Positions 19,514 to 29,821 of a stretch of DNA of 64,000 bases are shown piece by piece (position 1 is the first letter of the stretch; the number at the start of each line of letters is the position of its first letter). The notes beneath the pieces are model-generated. The model was not told the origin of the DNA. It saw nothing but the letters and a program-made list of their open reading frames with translations, and ran no database searches. The position numbers and the translations under genes were made by a program. The stretch comes from Nitrospinales bacterium (GTDB taxonomy: Bacteria > Nitrospinota > Nitrospinia > Nitrospinales > VA-1): the NCBI GenBank assembly GCA_965223345.1, contig CBDCWG010000012.1:1376001-1440000 (forward strand), read 5' to 3'.

Positions 19514-20533
19514 TTAGTTGCAGTAGGGCGGGATGCCTTCCTCCACCCACTGGCCGACGCGTCCGCCTTTGATGTTTTCCCGGTTTTTCAGGATGCCGCG
19601 CGCCATGAGTTTGCCCGAGGCTTCGAACTTTTGCAGGATGGTTTCGGGGGAGTCTTTGAGCAGGTTGCCGAAGCGCGGCTGGCACTTGAGGTTGCCGACG
19701 TCGCAGCAGGGGGTCATGTCGCCGTCCTGGCGCACAGTCATGATGTCGATCGAACCGCGCGCCGCCGGGCACTCGATGAGGTAGAGCTGGCCGGGAAACG
19801 GCGTGGACCGCATGGCCCGGCGTCCCTGTGCGTCCACCTTGAACGCGGGCAGCAGGTTGATGCCGAAAATGAAATCCTTGGTTTTCGCGAACGCGCCGGT
19901 ATCGCCCATGTGGGCGAGGTACACCGATTCGTTGCATTGCGGGTCGGTCGCCAGCAAAGAATCCAGGTTCGACCGGTACCGCTGCAGTAGATCCGTCACG
20001 TGCGTGAACCGCCCGCCTTCTGCATGGAAAAAATCCCACAGGATCTGCAACTGACGCTTCAGGTCTTCCAGGCTTTCGAACACCACGTTGACGAGGATCC
20101 GGTCCTGTAACGTGACAAGCTGTTGCAGCAGGGGTTTCTGGAAGCGCTCCCAGGAAACCGGATACAGGGTGATGTCGATGCGCCCGCCAAGCTTGATGAT
20201 CTCCACCAGCCGCTGCCAGCGTTTGGATTTTTCGGAATTGATGTCCAGGTTGGTGTGCAGGCAGACGTTGGGCGTCACCGTCTTGAAGACCTTGAAGATC
20301 TCGACGATGTCCGGGTTCTGCGAGGCCTCGCCGCCGGTGAGGTTGATCTCCTGCTTCGCCAGCGTGTTGAGCACGTCCACCTTGCGGATGGTGTCGGCCA
20401 TGGTCTGCGCGTCCGCGACGGGCAGGTGCCATTCGGAGCGGGGCAGGGTGCCCACCGGCTCGTACACGTGGCAGTCCACGCATTCGTCCCGATTGTAGCG
20501 GTTGCAGCTGGCTTCCACGAAAATGCTGAGCAT
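19514..20533 (-). CDS. Radical SAM protein with atypical CX7CX2C motif and Cys-rich twitch/SPASM-like C-terminus
   Basis: CNRYNRDECVDC, LTGGEA, LHTN, CPAA..VRQDGDMTPCC..FGNLL. Confidence 0.82.
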   Translation of the reverse strand: MLSIFVEASCNRYNRDECVDCHVYEPVGTLPRSEWHLPVADAQTMADTIRKVDVLNTLAKQEINLTGGEASQNPDIVEIFKVFKTVTPNVCLHTNLDINSEKSKRWQRLVEIIKLGGRIDITLYPVSWERFQKPLLQQLVTLQDRILVNVVFESLEDLKRQLQILWDFFHAEGGRFTHVTDLLQRYRSNLDSLLATDPQCNESVYLAHMGDTGAFAKTKDFIFGINLLPAFKVDAQGRRAMRSTPFPGQLYLIECPAARGSIDIMTVRQDGDMTPCCDVGNLKCQPRFGNLLKDSPETILQKFEASGKLMARGILKNRENIKGGRVGQWVEEGIPPYCN

Positions 20534-20662
20534 ACAGGCGTCCCGATGCGTTGGTTGAAGGTGTTCCCCGGCCCCGCACCGGGATCAGTGAAATCATTAT
20601 AGGCCGATTCGAAAACCGGCCCAATGGAATTGACCGCGCGCAGCGGCCGGGCGGGTTTCGGT

Positions 20663-22051
20663 TCAGCGAAGGTGCAGAGCGACGAAAGCGATGGGCTGCG
20701 GCGCGGCGTTGAAGGCGTGTTTCAAGTCGTTTTCCCGGTAGCCGAGCCGCCGCAGCGATTTCAAAACCGAGAACACCTCCTTTTCGGTGACATAAGCTAC
20801 AGTGTCGGGAACACCGTGGGGACTCAGGTTTTTCACCGCCTGGGCGATCTGCTTTTTCTGCTTTTTCGGCGTGCCCGGCAGCGCGGGGTACTGCATCCTG
20901 CGGGTGTACGGGCTCTGGTAGGCGCCGTTGAGGGCGGAAAGGGTGCCGAGCATCAGCAGGTCCCGGTCCCAGGGCGCCATCTGCGGCACCTGCGGGTGGT
21001 GCTGCACGATTTCAACCAGGCTCTGCACGCGGCCGTTGCAATGGCGGCCGACCAGCGTGTGCTGGAATTCCTTTTCGACGTGCTGAAACCCGATCGCTTC
21101 GCCGACCCGGGCGAGAAGGTCGAAATTCACCATGAAAGTGTACTGGCCGCCGTACAGGTTGAAATAGGGCCGTCCTTCCGCGTTCAACTCTTTCATGGAA
21201 AACATGCCGTAGTCCAGGCCGGTGTAGCCCTGCCCGTCCGGGCGCAGCAGCCGGAACGCCCGCTCCAGCGTAGCGAACGCGCCGGTGTTCACCGGAATCG
21301 GGATTTCGTCCTGCAACCCTTCCAGGTGCGCCTGCAATGCTTCGGGGTAGGGCCAGTCGCTGGCATCGACGCGCTGAAAGCTGCGCTGCCACTGGATCGC
21401 CGCCAGAAAGGGCGGGTCCTGTTTCAGGGCGTCGAGATCCTTCGCGTTGAAGCGCGCCTTGAAGGCGTCGAAATCGCCGGCGACGACCGAAGGATCGATC
21501 GCCGGCTGCAGATATTCCTCGTACAGGCTGCCCTGGTGCTTGAGCAGGACGCGGGTGGCCAGGTCGTCCCAGATTTCGTTGCTGAGAATCTTGTCGATGC
21601 TGTGCGGTTTGAAGCCGTCGAGGCGGCTCGCATCCACGCGCACGGTGGAAAAGCGCCCCGCGTGCTGGTTGAGCAGCGGGTTGCTGCGGACGCCGCGCAG
21701 GATTTCTTCCGAATAGTCGCACAGCACGTAATGGGTGAACGGATAGATCGCGCCTTCGGTGTCGATCTCTCTGAGCCGGGTGAGGAAGCAGGCGGCCAGG
21801 TTGCCGTTGCCGACGCCCCATTCCTGGATGAACCGCAGTTCCTGCTGCGCTTGTTTCTTTCTGTTTTCGAAATACGTGTCGGCGAGCGCGTGCGCCAGGC
21901 GGTGGTCGCGGCTGACGTAGGTCTGAAAATGATCGTGGATCGCCGGTCCGAGGGTGCCGTAAAAGATGGCGTTGACGTGGGTCTGCCAGCGGTCGGAAGG
22001 AAGGAAATCCCCTAAGGGGAGGCCGTTTTCAGAATCGGGAGGCACGGTCAA
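20663..22051 (-). CDS. Class I SAM-dependent methyltransferase (MidA/NDUFAF7-like)
   Basis: EWGVGNGNLA, SNEIWDDL, DYG and TFMVNF motifs. Confidence 0.78.
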   Translation of the reverse strand: MTVPPDSENGLPLGDFLPSDRWQTHVNAIFYGTLGPAIHDHFQTYVSRDHRLAHALADTYFENRKKQAQQELRFIQEWGVGNGNLAACFLTRLREIDTEGAIYPFTHYVLCDYSEEILRGVRSNPLLNQHAGRFSTVRVDASRLDGFKPHSIDKILSNEIWDDLATRVLLKHQGSLYEEYLQPAIDPSVVAGDFDAFKARFNAKDLDALKQDPPFLAAIQWQRSFQRVDASDWPYPEALQAHLEGLQDEIPIPVNTGAFATLERAFRLLRPDGQGYTGLDYGMFSMKELNAEGRPYFNLYGGQYTFMVNFDLLARVGEAIGFQHVEKEFQHTLVGRHCNGRVQSLVEIVQHHPQVPQMAPWDRDLLMLGTLSALNGAYQSPYTRRMQYPALPGTPKKQKKQIAQAVKNLSPHGVPDTVAYVTEKEVFSVLKSLRRLGYRENDLKHAFNAAPQPIAFVALHLR

Positions 22052-22079
22052 CGCTCACCCTGCCCTGGGGAGCGCGCAT

Positions 22080-23216
22080 TCATTTCGGTTCGACACCGTC
22101 TCCCAGGGTTTCCATGCCGGCGGCGTTGCCGCTCATGCTGCCGCCGTCGGCGTAGCGGCCGTCCTGAGAAACACCGCCGGGGATGTGCGCGGGGTTTTCG
22201 TCGCCCCCGCCGCCTTCGGCGCCGCCTGCGGTGTTCATGTCGTGCATCAGTTTCTCGTAGGTGCGGAAGGCTTCCTGCGATTCCTCGATGCGCCCGGCTT
22301 CCTTGTAGCAGTTGTACAGGTTGAACCAGGCCAGCGCGTCGCTGCGGTTGAGCGAGGTCGCGGTCTTGAATTCCTTGATGGCGCTTTCCAGGCGGCCCAG
22401 CGTGGCGTACAGGCTGCCCAGGTTGGTGTGCGGCAGGTTGTACTCGGGATCGAGTTCGCTGGCTTTCTTGAAAGCGCCGACTGCCTCGTCGATCATGTTT
22501 TTCACCGAGTAGCAGCTGCCCAGGTTGCAGTAGGCCTGCGGGTCCTTGTCGTCCAGCTCCACCACGCACAGAGCGGCGTTGAGGGCTTCGTCGTAATGGC
22601 CGCCGTTGTAATAGGCGGTGCTGAGCGCGGAGCGCAGCTCCCGGTCTTCCGGGCTGAACATCAGGACTTTTTTGAGCACCCGCACTTCTTCGTCGTACTT
22701 CTGCTGGATGTCGTAAGCGGCGGCGAGATTGGCATACGCCATTGTGTCCATGGGATCGAGTTCGGTGACTTTCTGGAAACTGCGCACGGCGTTGTCGAAA
22801 TATTCCTTGAGCATGTAGACCCCGCCGAGGTTGAAGTGGATCTCCGGGTCGTCGGGGGCCAGCTCGGCGGCACGGTTGAGTTCGCGGATGGCTTCCTCTT
22901 CGTGATTGGACAGGCTGTACGCGGTGCCCAAAAGCTTGCGCGCACGCACGTTGAGACGGTCCTTGTTCAGCACGGTCTGCAGCTCCTTGATCGCCGCGTC
23001 GAAATTGCCGCCGTCGATGTAGTAGGTGGCGAGCTCGTTCAGTTTGTCCAGGTTGCCGGGATCGTCCTTGAGTTCCTTTTTCACCTGGCGGACCGCTTTC
23101 ATGATCTTGGTTTCCAGTTTGATCTGCTCCGGATCCCGCACGCCCAGCTCCTCGAAAATCTCGGGAGCGATCTTCATGGTGATCCAGTCGCCGGGTTTGT
23201 TGCCGCCCTCTGCCAT
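22080..23216 (-). CDS. TPR repeat protein
   Basis: About 8 TPRs; ATG 23216 preceded by AAGGAG. Confidence 0.88.
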   Translation of the reverse strand: MAEGGNKPGDWITMKIAPEIFEELGVRDPEQIKLETKIMKAVRQVKKELKDDPGNLDKLNELATYYIDGGNFDAAIKELQTVLNKDRLNVRARKLLGTAYSLSNHEEEAIRELNRAAELAPDDPEIHFNLGGVYMLKEYFDNAVRSFQKVTELDPMDTMAYANLAAAYDIQQKYDEEVRVLKKVLMFSPEDRELRSALSTAYYNGGHYDEALNAALCVVELDDKDPQAYCNLGSCYSVKNMIDEAVGAFKKASELDPEYNLPHTNLGSLYATLGRLESAIKEFKTATSLNRSDALAWFNLYNCYKEAGRIEESQEAFRTYEKLMHDMNTAGGAEGGGGDENPAHIPGGVSQDGRYADGGSMSGNAAGMETLGDGVEPK

Positions 23217-23268
23217 AATGCTCGAACTCCTTGAAAAATCTCGTTGCCGTCTTGGGTTGTGTAATTGA

Positions 23269-23297
23269 ATTCTAGGGGATCGGCTACAGGGTGTCAA
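23269..23297 (-). promoter_or_regulatory. Sigma70-type promoter of the TPR-methyltransferase genes
   Basis: TTGACA-N17-TAGAAT on the minus strand. Confidence 0.6.
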
Positions 23298-23374
23298 GCC
23301 CGCGCGCGGCAGGTTGCTGCGCCCGCTTCAGGCCGTCGATAACCGTTGATTTTGCCCCTTCTGTGAACCGGAAC

Positions 23375-25180
23375 TCACGCCTGCGTGGTCAGCGCTTCGT
23401 CCTTGGCCATGTTGAGGATTTCTTCCTTGCCGAAGCGGTCGAGATACAACAGGAAATGCTCGCGCGACAGGAAATTCCAGATCCTGCGCGAGGGGAAGTT
23501 TTCCTCGATCACGGCGTTGAAATTTTCGAACACCTCCTGCACTTCCTCGCGCGGCATGCCTTCTTTGATTTCGTAGTCGAACATGATGGCCATGTCGCGC
23601 TCGGGATCGTGCACGATGCGGTCGATCTTGAATTTGCCCGGATCGTGATAGATGGCGGAATCCTTTTCCAGCGTGAAGATCGACTGGCCGACCGAATGGA
23701 TGATGCCGGTGCCGTTTTCGCTGTTGTCGATGGTGAAGCGAATAGTGTCTTCCGCTTCCTCGCGCTGCTCGGTGGGAAAGCCGAAGAACAGGTAGAGGTG
23801 GTTCCAGATGCCGGCGCGCGAACTGTTTTCCAGAACCAGCCGCTCGGTTTTCTGGTCGCAGCCTTTGTCGATGATGGAAAGGATGCGGTCGTTGGCGCTT
23901 TCCAGGCCGAAGAACAGCATGATGAAGCCGGCGCGGCGCATCTCTTCGAACAGCTCCGGCGTCTCGACGTTGCCGGATTCGAACTTGAGCATGCCCAGCG
24001 CGCGCATGTCCACTTTCAGCTTGAGGATGGCCTGCGACATGCGGGAAAAGGCGTTGGGCGAGATGGCCTCGTCGGAGAAGGTGAAATAGCGCGTGCCGTG
24101 GCGTTTGCCCAGATAGTCCAGATCCTCGGCGACGCGCTGCTCGTTCTCCTTGCGGTAATACGAATCGTAGATGAAGCTGTGCGTGCAGAACGTGCATTTG
24201 CCCCAGTAACAGCCGCGGCTCGCCATGTAGGGCAGCACGGGGTAGGGCATCAGGTATCGGTCGAGCGGCAGGCCGTCGAAATCCGGCCGCACCAGCATGT
24301 CGTAGGGCAGGGACTTGGCTTTGTCGTTGTGCACGACCTGGCCCTGATCCAGATGAATGAGGTTCGGCACCGTGTGCAGCGGTTTTTTTGCCTTCACATG
24401 CTCGATGAGCTGATCCAGCGGGTGCTCCCCCTCGAACAGGATGATGCTGTTGAAAAATTCTTCGAACAGGATCTGTTTGTCCTCGAGGATGTCCTTGTGC
24501 CGGGCGAACACGCTGCCGCCGATGACGATGTGCAGGTGCGGGTGCTGTTTGCGCAGCTGCCGGGCCAGGGTCAGGCCGGGAATCACCTGGCCCACGTGGA
24601 TGATCGACAACCCGACCAGGCCGTATTCCTGCCAGTCGATTTTCGGCAGCAGGTGGTTCTCGAACACGCCGAGGAACGGGTTGCGCACCGCATCCTGGGT
24701 GGCGGCGAGGATGCCGGGCAGGTTTTCCTCGGGGGTGCCCTGCATGAAAAACCCTTCCAGATCGATGCGGCTCGGGAAATGCGCGTAGGAGACGAGCTTC
24801 ATGGCGATCTTCAGGGTGGTGTAGGCTTTCTTGTAGAGCGGGAACTGGAAAAACAGCTCCTCGGTGCGCAGCACGTCCAGCGCCTCTCCCACTTCCGATA
24901 AAATCGATTCGAGGTAGGCCTCGTCCGATAAAATCTGCCGGTAAACGGATTTCACCTCCTGCTCTTCCGGCAAATATGCGGGCTCGGCCAGCCGTTTGCG
25001 GATCGTCTCGATACAGTGCTCCAGATACCCGCGCGACAGGAACAACTGGTAGGTTTCGATGTTGAAATCGAACTGATCGACCGCGTGCCCCTTGGATTTC
25101 AGGTAGGCGGTGAGGGTCGGCAGGGCCAGATAGGGTTGGCTCGGAAACCATTGCGGTGGAAATACCAGTGCCGACTTCAT
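23375..25180 (-). CDS. B12-binding domain radical SAM protein (class B methylase-like)
   Basis: VGLSI..HIVIGGS..FEGE..SRGCYWGKCTFC..FSDE..FGLES..FFGFPTE. Confidence 0.9.
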   Translation of the reverse strand: MKSALVFPPQWFPSQPYLALPTLTAYLKSKGHAVDQFDFNIETYQLFLSRGYLEHCIETIRKRLAEPAYLPEEQEVKSVYRQILSDEAYLESILSEVGEALDVLRTEELFFQFPLYKKAYTTLKIAMKLVSYAHFPSRIDLEGFFMQGTPEENLPGILAATQDAVRNPFLGVFENHLLPKIDWQEYGLVGLSIIHVGQVIPGLTLARQLRKQHPHLHIVIGGSVFARHKDILEDKQILFEEFFNSIILFEGEHPLDQLIEHVKAKKPLHTVPNLIHLDQGQVVHNDKAKSLPYDMLVRPDFDGLPLDRYLMPYPVLPYMASRGCYWGKCTFCTHSFIYDSYYRKENEQRVAEDLDYLGKRHGTRYFTFSDEAISPNAFSRMSQAILKLKVDMRALGMLKFESGNVETPELFEEMRRAGFIMLFFGLESANDRILSIIDKGCDQKTERLVLENSSRAGIWNHLYLFFGFPTEQREEAEDTIRFTIDNSENGTGIIHSVGQSIFTLEKDSAIYHDPGKFKIDRIVHDPERDMAIMFDYEIKEGMPREEVQEVFENFNAVIEENFPSRRIWNFLSREHFLLYLDRFGKEEILNMAKDEALTTQA

Positions 25181-25363
25181 GGCTTGTTTTCCTTGTGCGA
25201 TCGCGATCGGATCGGGGGGTTGCTTTCCGGATCGTTTTCCGTCAAAATTTTATCAGGATCTCAAATCATTCGACGTGATTGAGAGCAGCTCGCCAGCCTG
25301 TCTGCGAATGGGACCGCCGATGGTCTAAAGCCATTTTTTTGAGTGCCTCGAATCGTTTCAAAC

Positions 25364-25391
25364 AGTATACCGGCGCGGCGGGCTCTGTCAA
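25364..25391 (-). promoter_or_regulatory. Sigma70-type promoter (leftward)
   Basis: TTGACA-N16-TATACT on the minus strand. Confidence 0.55.
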
Positions 25392-25493
25392 TGTGGGCTT
25401 GAATCGGTGCGGCGATTTTCAAACTCCGTTGCGGCGCGGCTTTTCATGCGGATTCCGGCAGCCGAAACCCCTGTCAAACCGGCGGGGATTGGC

Positions 25494-25522
25494 TTGACAC
25501 CCTTTATTTTAGAGACTATACT
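25494..25522 (+). promoter_or_regulatory. Sigma70-type promoter (rightward)
   Basis: TTGACA-N17-TATACT. Confidence 0.7.
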
Positions 25523-25598
25523 GACCGGCATTCCCAAATGACTGCAAATCAATGGATTAACAGCATCGAATCGCCCGAGTTTAAGAGGAGGTTTTCCT

Positions 25599-26207
25599 TT
25601 GAGCGACCCGAACACAGAAACCAAAAAAGAAGAAGAAAATAAAGAATCCCCGGACAAAGAAGCGGAGGTTGACAGCCTTGCGGATTTGAGCGAGCTGGAG
25701 AAGATCAAGCTGGAGCTGCAGAAGGAGAAGGAAAAAGCGGCCCAGGAGCTGGAAGAGGGCGAAGAGGAAGAGGAAGATCTTCGTGAAGTCGATTACCTGC
25801 AAAAGCTCATCACGCTGTCGGTGCAGTTCGACCACCACATCGGCATGTGGCTGATGCCGGCGTACATCGACCACGGTCTGAAATACGACCACCGGTTGGC
25901 TGAGAGTTATATGTCGCAAATCGCCACGATCCAGTCTTTCCTGCGGCTGCTGGAAAAGGTGGACGGCGTGACGCGCGAGCTGGTGACCAAGGACTGCATC
26001 ATCAAGCTGAGAAACGCGCTGCAGATGGTGCACAAGAACCTGGTGAAGCCGCTGTTCAAAGAAGTCAAGCTGATGAAGAAAAAACCGAAATCCGAGAGTC
26101 TGGACAACTTCAAGGAAAACTGGAACAAACGCCTGGAAGAACTCCAGAAAGCCTGCGATTTCGAATACCAGATCCTCGATTGCAAAACGTTTCTGATCAA
26201 GGACTGA
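25599..26207 (+). CDS. Hypothetical helical protein with acidic N-terminus
   Basis: TTG start after GAGGAGG; host-like codon usage. Confidence 0.8.
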   Translation: MSDPNTETKKEEENKESPDKEAEVDSLADLSELEKIKLELQKEKEKAAQELEEGEEEEEDLREVDYLQKLITLSVQFDHHIGMWLMPAYIDHGLKYDHRLAESYMSQIATIQSFLRLLEKVDGVTRELVTKDCIIKLRNALQMVHKNLVKPLFKEVKLMKKKPKSESLDNFKENWNKRLEELQKACDFEYQILDCKTFLIKD

Positions 26208-26523
26208 TTCCAGCTTGGGAACCGGGACGGTTCCCGCAGCCGTTTGCGGGAAATGCGGTTTTTAGCGAACGGGATGGCTTGCGGAACAGGGGTGGGTCCT
26301 GCCGGGTCACAGGGGCGATGCGCCGGGCTGGCAACCGCATCGGCCCGCACCATGAGGCCCGTGCGCGGACCGGGTTCGATGTCGATTATCAGAAGGCTCT
26401 GATGAAATTTTCCTTCCCAACCGCCTGCCCGGACCGTTCCGATGAGCGTCGTCTGCGGTTTCCCCGGTGTTCCCACATGCAATCCAATCGAACAGTCTGT
26501 TCCTGTAAGGGGCAGGGGGTGTG

Positions 26524-27543
26524 ATGTCTGAAGAAATTGCCAACGAAAAAACCGATCCCAAGGATTCGGAAACCGAATCCGAATCCGTCGCGCTGGAGCT
26601 TGCGGCGGAGCAAACCCTTCCCGAAGAAGTCCCCGAAAAAGTCGATCACACCCAGCTGTATGTCTGGGTGGCCGATGCCGGCAACGACCGCATCCAGAAA
26701 TTCAACGGCAACGGAGAGCTGCTGTTTTCCTTCGGCAGGTCCGGAGGGACGCGCCCGCCCTACAATCCGGGTGAGTTCAAAACGCCGAGCGCTGTCGCGG
26801 TGGACGTCAGCGGCAACATCTGGGTGGCCGACACGGGCTGCCACCGCATTCAGAAGTTCGATGCGGACGGGGATTTCATGCTGGAGTTTGGCAGCGAAGG
26901 CTGGGGGCAGGAAAAGTTTTACTGGCCCCAGGGCATCGTTGCGGAGCCCACGGGAACGGTGCTGGTGGTGGACACGTCCAATCACTGCATCAAGCGTTAC
27001 GACGACGACGGCGATTTTCTGCTGAGTTTCGGCTATGCCGGGGATTTCGACGGGTTTTTGAAATTCCCGGTGGGCATCGCGCTGGACAAGGAAGGCAACA
27101 TCTACGTCGCCGACCGGGACAACCAGCGGATCCAGATTTTCAATGAGGACGGCCAGTTTCTGTCGAAATTCGGGGAGTACGGGTTCGAGCAGGGCCGGCT
27201 CAATTTTCCGAGCGGCATCGCGGTGCGCCGGGACGGCACCATCCTGGTGGCGGAAAAGAGCCAGAACCGGCTGCAGATTTTCTCGCGCGAGGGCGCGTCC
27301 CTCGGTGTGCTGGGAGAGCCCGGCAAACGCGACGGCCAGTTCAACTGTCCCACCGCGATCGTGGAGGACCCCTATGGCTACTTATTCGTTGTGGATACCA
27401 TCAACCAGCGCATCCAGAAATACGATCCGGACCTGAACTTCGTGTCCAAATGGGGCATCATCGGCAAGGAGCCGGGGCAGTTCAAGGACCCGTCGGGAAT
27501 CTGTCTGTCCTGGGAGCCGGACTGGGCGCCGCAGGACGATTGA
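26524..27543 (+). CDS. NHL-repeat six-bladed beta-propeller protein
   Basis: Repeated F..P.GIA.D..G.I.VAD..N.RIQ.F units. Confidence 0.9.
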   Translation: MSEEIANEKTDPKDSETESESVALELAAEQTLPEEVPEKVDHTQLYVWVADAGNDRIQKFNGNGELLFSFGRSGGTRPPYNPGEFKTPSAVAVDVSGNIWVADTGCHRIQKFDADGDFMLEFGSEGWGQEKFYWPQGIVAEPTGTVLVVDTSNHCIKRYDDDGDFLLSFGYAGDFDGFLKFPVGIALDKEGNIYVADRDNQRIQIFNEDGQFLSKFGEYGFEQGRLNFPSGIAVRRDGTILVAEKSQNRLQIFSREGASLGVLGEPGKRDGQFNCPTAIVEDPYGYLFVVDTINQRIQKYDPDLNFVSKWGIIGKEPGQFKDPSGICLSWEPDWAPQDD

Positions 27544-27584
27544 GATTGCGCTGGTTAAAAAAATCAAATTCATCGAGCCGATTT

Positions 27585-28229
27585 ATGTTTTTCAATCCCA
27601 AGTTTAGAGCCCTTTCCCTGATCGCGACTCTAGCCTGCGTGCTGGCGCTGCCGTCAGCGGTTTTCAGTGAGGGCGAAGGTTCCGACCCGATCTTCGACGG
27701 TCAGATCCTCTCGCTCACCGAAAAGAAACCGCCGCTCGAACCCTCGAACGATCCCCGCTTTAAAGATAATGACGACGGCACCGTCACCGACCGGGAAAGC
27801 GCGTTGATGTGGAAGCAGCAGGACTCCTACCAGGAATTGAAAAAATGGATGAACTGGAAAATGGCCCACGACTACATCCAGAAGATGAATGCGTCCCGGT
27901 TCGCAGGATACGACGACTGGCGGCTGCCGACGCGCAAGGAACTGGAGACTTTGTTTGAAGAGGACAAAAGCATTCCCTGGAAGTATTACTGGACGACCAA
28001 TGAAGTCCATATGGACCCGATTTTCGGTTACACCAGCTGCTGCTTCTGGAGCAGCGAAACTTACAAGGACAAGTATGCCTGGACGTTCAATTATATCCGC
28101 GGCAAAGCCTATCCCAGCCCGACCGAGGGGCCGGGCCTGTCGCTTTCCGTGATCCGTGCGGTGCGCGGCGCCGAGGTCAAGGCCGAGGCTGCTCCCGCTG
28201 CCGCCAGCGAGACGGTGCCCCATCCCTGA
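27585..28229 (+). CDS. DUF1566/Lcl-like protein 1, with signal peptide
   Basis: FKDNDDGTVTD..LMW..FAGYDDWRLPTRKEL..FWSS..IRAVR. Confidence 0.88.
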   Translation: MFFNPKFRALSLIATLACVLALPSAVFSEGEGSDPIFDGQILSLTEKKPPLEPSNDPRFKDNDDGTVTDRESALMWKQQDSYQELKKWMNWKMAHDYIQKMNASRFAGYDDWRLPTRKELETLFEEDKSIPWKYYWTTNEVHMDPIFGYTSCCFWSSETYKDKYAWTFNYIRGKAYPSPTEGPGLSLSVIRAVRGAEVKAEAAPAAASETVPHP

Positions 28230-28263
28230 GCGGTGCGCCGCGTTCGCACTGGAAACCGAACCC

Positions 28264-29073
28264 ATGACGGACGAAACCCAAGACGAAAGCCCAAACCCGG
28301 AATCCGAATCGCCCGAAGAGGCGTCTCCGCCCGGCGAAGAAGCGGTCGAACCGCAGGAGCAGGCGGAGGAAGCCGCTGCCGAGGCGTACGGCGAGGAAGA
28401 GGAAGTCGAGTTCGACCTGGAAGCCCAGGTGATGGAATTCAGGCGCCAGATCGAGGAGGAGCCGGAAAACTGCATCCACCATTACAATCTGGGCGAAGCG
28501 CTGGTCGAGCTGGGGGAGCATGAGGAAGCCAAGGAAGAATTCGACCTGGCCCTGCTGTACGATCCGGAAAAGGAGTTCAGTTCGGTGGTGCATTTCTCGC
28601 TGGGAAACCTGTACTTCAGCAAACTCATCTCCGGCATCCACGGCACCGTGGTGCGTAGTTCGGTGGGCCTGCATTCGGCGCACAAGGCGGGCGACACCAT
28701 CACGCAGGTGAACGCCGAGGATTACGAGGTGCCCATCCAGGCGTTCGAGGCGGCGATCGAGGATCTCGACCGCTTGAAGGCGGACGACGACATCGTCGAG
28801 TATGTCAGCAAGAACGCGCCGCAGCAGATCGCCGACACGTATTACAAGTGGGCTTCGGATCTGATCGACAAATCCCGGCAGATCGAGCATTACGGCGAGG
28901 AGATCAAGGATGTCAGGCTGGCTCTGAAACACCTCAAGAAAACCCTCGAGATCGATCCCAACCATTCGCAGGCCAACCTCATGGTCAAATACGCCAAGAA
29001 AATGCTGCAGGAGGGCTGGAAAGCCTTCGATGAATACGGGTTCGAAGCGAAAAGTATCGAGGGAATCGGTTAA
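28264..29073 (+). CDS. TPR-containing protein with acidic N-terminus
   Basis: HYNLGEAL, HFSLGNLY, LEIDPNH. Confidence 0.8.
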   Translation: MTDETQDESPNPESESPEEASPPGEEAVEPQEQAEEAAAEAYGEEEEVEFDLEAQVMEFRRQIEEEPENCIHHYNLGEALVELGEHEEAKEEFDLALLYDPEKEFSSVVHFSLGNLYFSKLISGIHGTVVRSSVGLHSAHKAGDTITQVNAEDYEVPIQAFEAAIEDLDRLKADDDIVEYVSKNAPQQIADTYYKWASDLIDKSRQIEHYGEEIKDVRLALKHLKKTLEIDPNHSQANLMVKYAKKMLQEGWKAFDEYGFEAKSIEGIG

Positions 29074-29109
29074 TTCATATATAATTGAACACCAACTCTG
29101 GAATCGGTC

Positions 29110-29505
29110 ATGGCGGACATCGAAGAACTGGTACGTGAGAATCTGAGTAGCGACGGGCAGGTGTTGAGCCTGAAGGCCAAATTCATCCGTGAAGTGGGCG
29201 CCCGGGCGCTGGCCCAGGTGGAAGAATTGAAAGGACTGCGGTCTTTGAACCTGTCGCAGAACGGCATCGGCAACGACGGGGTCAAGGCCCTCACCGAGTC
29301 TCCCATTTTTGCCAACCTGCGCACCCTGAATCTTTCGTCCAACGAAATCGGCGACGAGGGGGCGATGTATCTGGCGAACGCCAAGTACCTGAAGAACCTG
29401 CGCAGCATCCAGCTGGTGGTCAACGACATCTCCGAAGAGGGCGAAAAGGCGCTGAGAAACTCGCTGGCGCTGGAGAGCCTGACGACGCTCAAATTTCGCG
29501 TCTAG
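29110..29505 (+). CDS. Small RNI-like leucine-rich repeat protein
   Basis: Three to four 28-aa repeats of the type LxxLxLxxNxIGxxGxxxL. Confidence 0.85.
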   Translation: MADIEELVRENLSSDGQVLSLKAKFIREVGARALAQVEELKGLRSLNLSQNGIGNDGVKALTESPIFANLRTLNLSSNEIGDEGAMYLANAKYLKNLRSIQLVVNDISEEGEKALRNSLALESLTTLKFRV

Positions 29506-29608
29506 GAACTCATTTTATGCCGGCGGGCCGGTTTCGCCGGGCGGAATTATTGTAAGCAATTGATTCTAAATACGGTTGTTAGCGCGGCTCGAGGGGGGAA
29601 TTTATATC

Positions 29609-29637
29609 TTGACTTATTTGGAACCGTTTGATATTTT
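29609..29637 (+). promoter_or_regulatory. Candidate sigma70-type promoter
   Basis: TTGACT-N17-TATTTT with TG extension. Confidence 0.4.
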
Positions 29638-29821
29638 TTGTCAACCCTAGAAAAGCCTGCAAAGTTTCAGGGGTGATATTTGCCGTAAACACTCGGATGG
29701 TTCGTAAAGTCTTTTAGAATATAGAGTCACAGAAATACCGATGGGAGGTGGTATTCGAATATTGGGGTTACCACGTCAATTGTTTTCCATTTTTTCATTC
29801 CGCTTTTGAAAGGGGGAGCTA

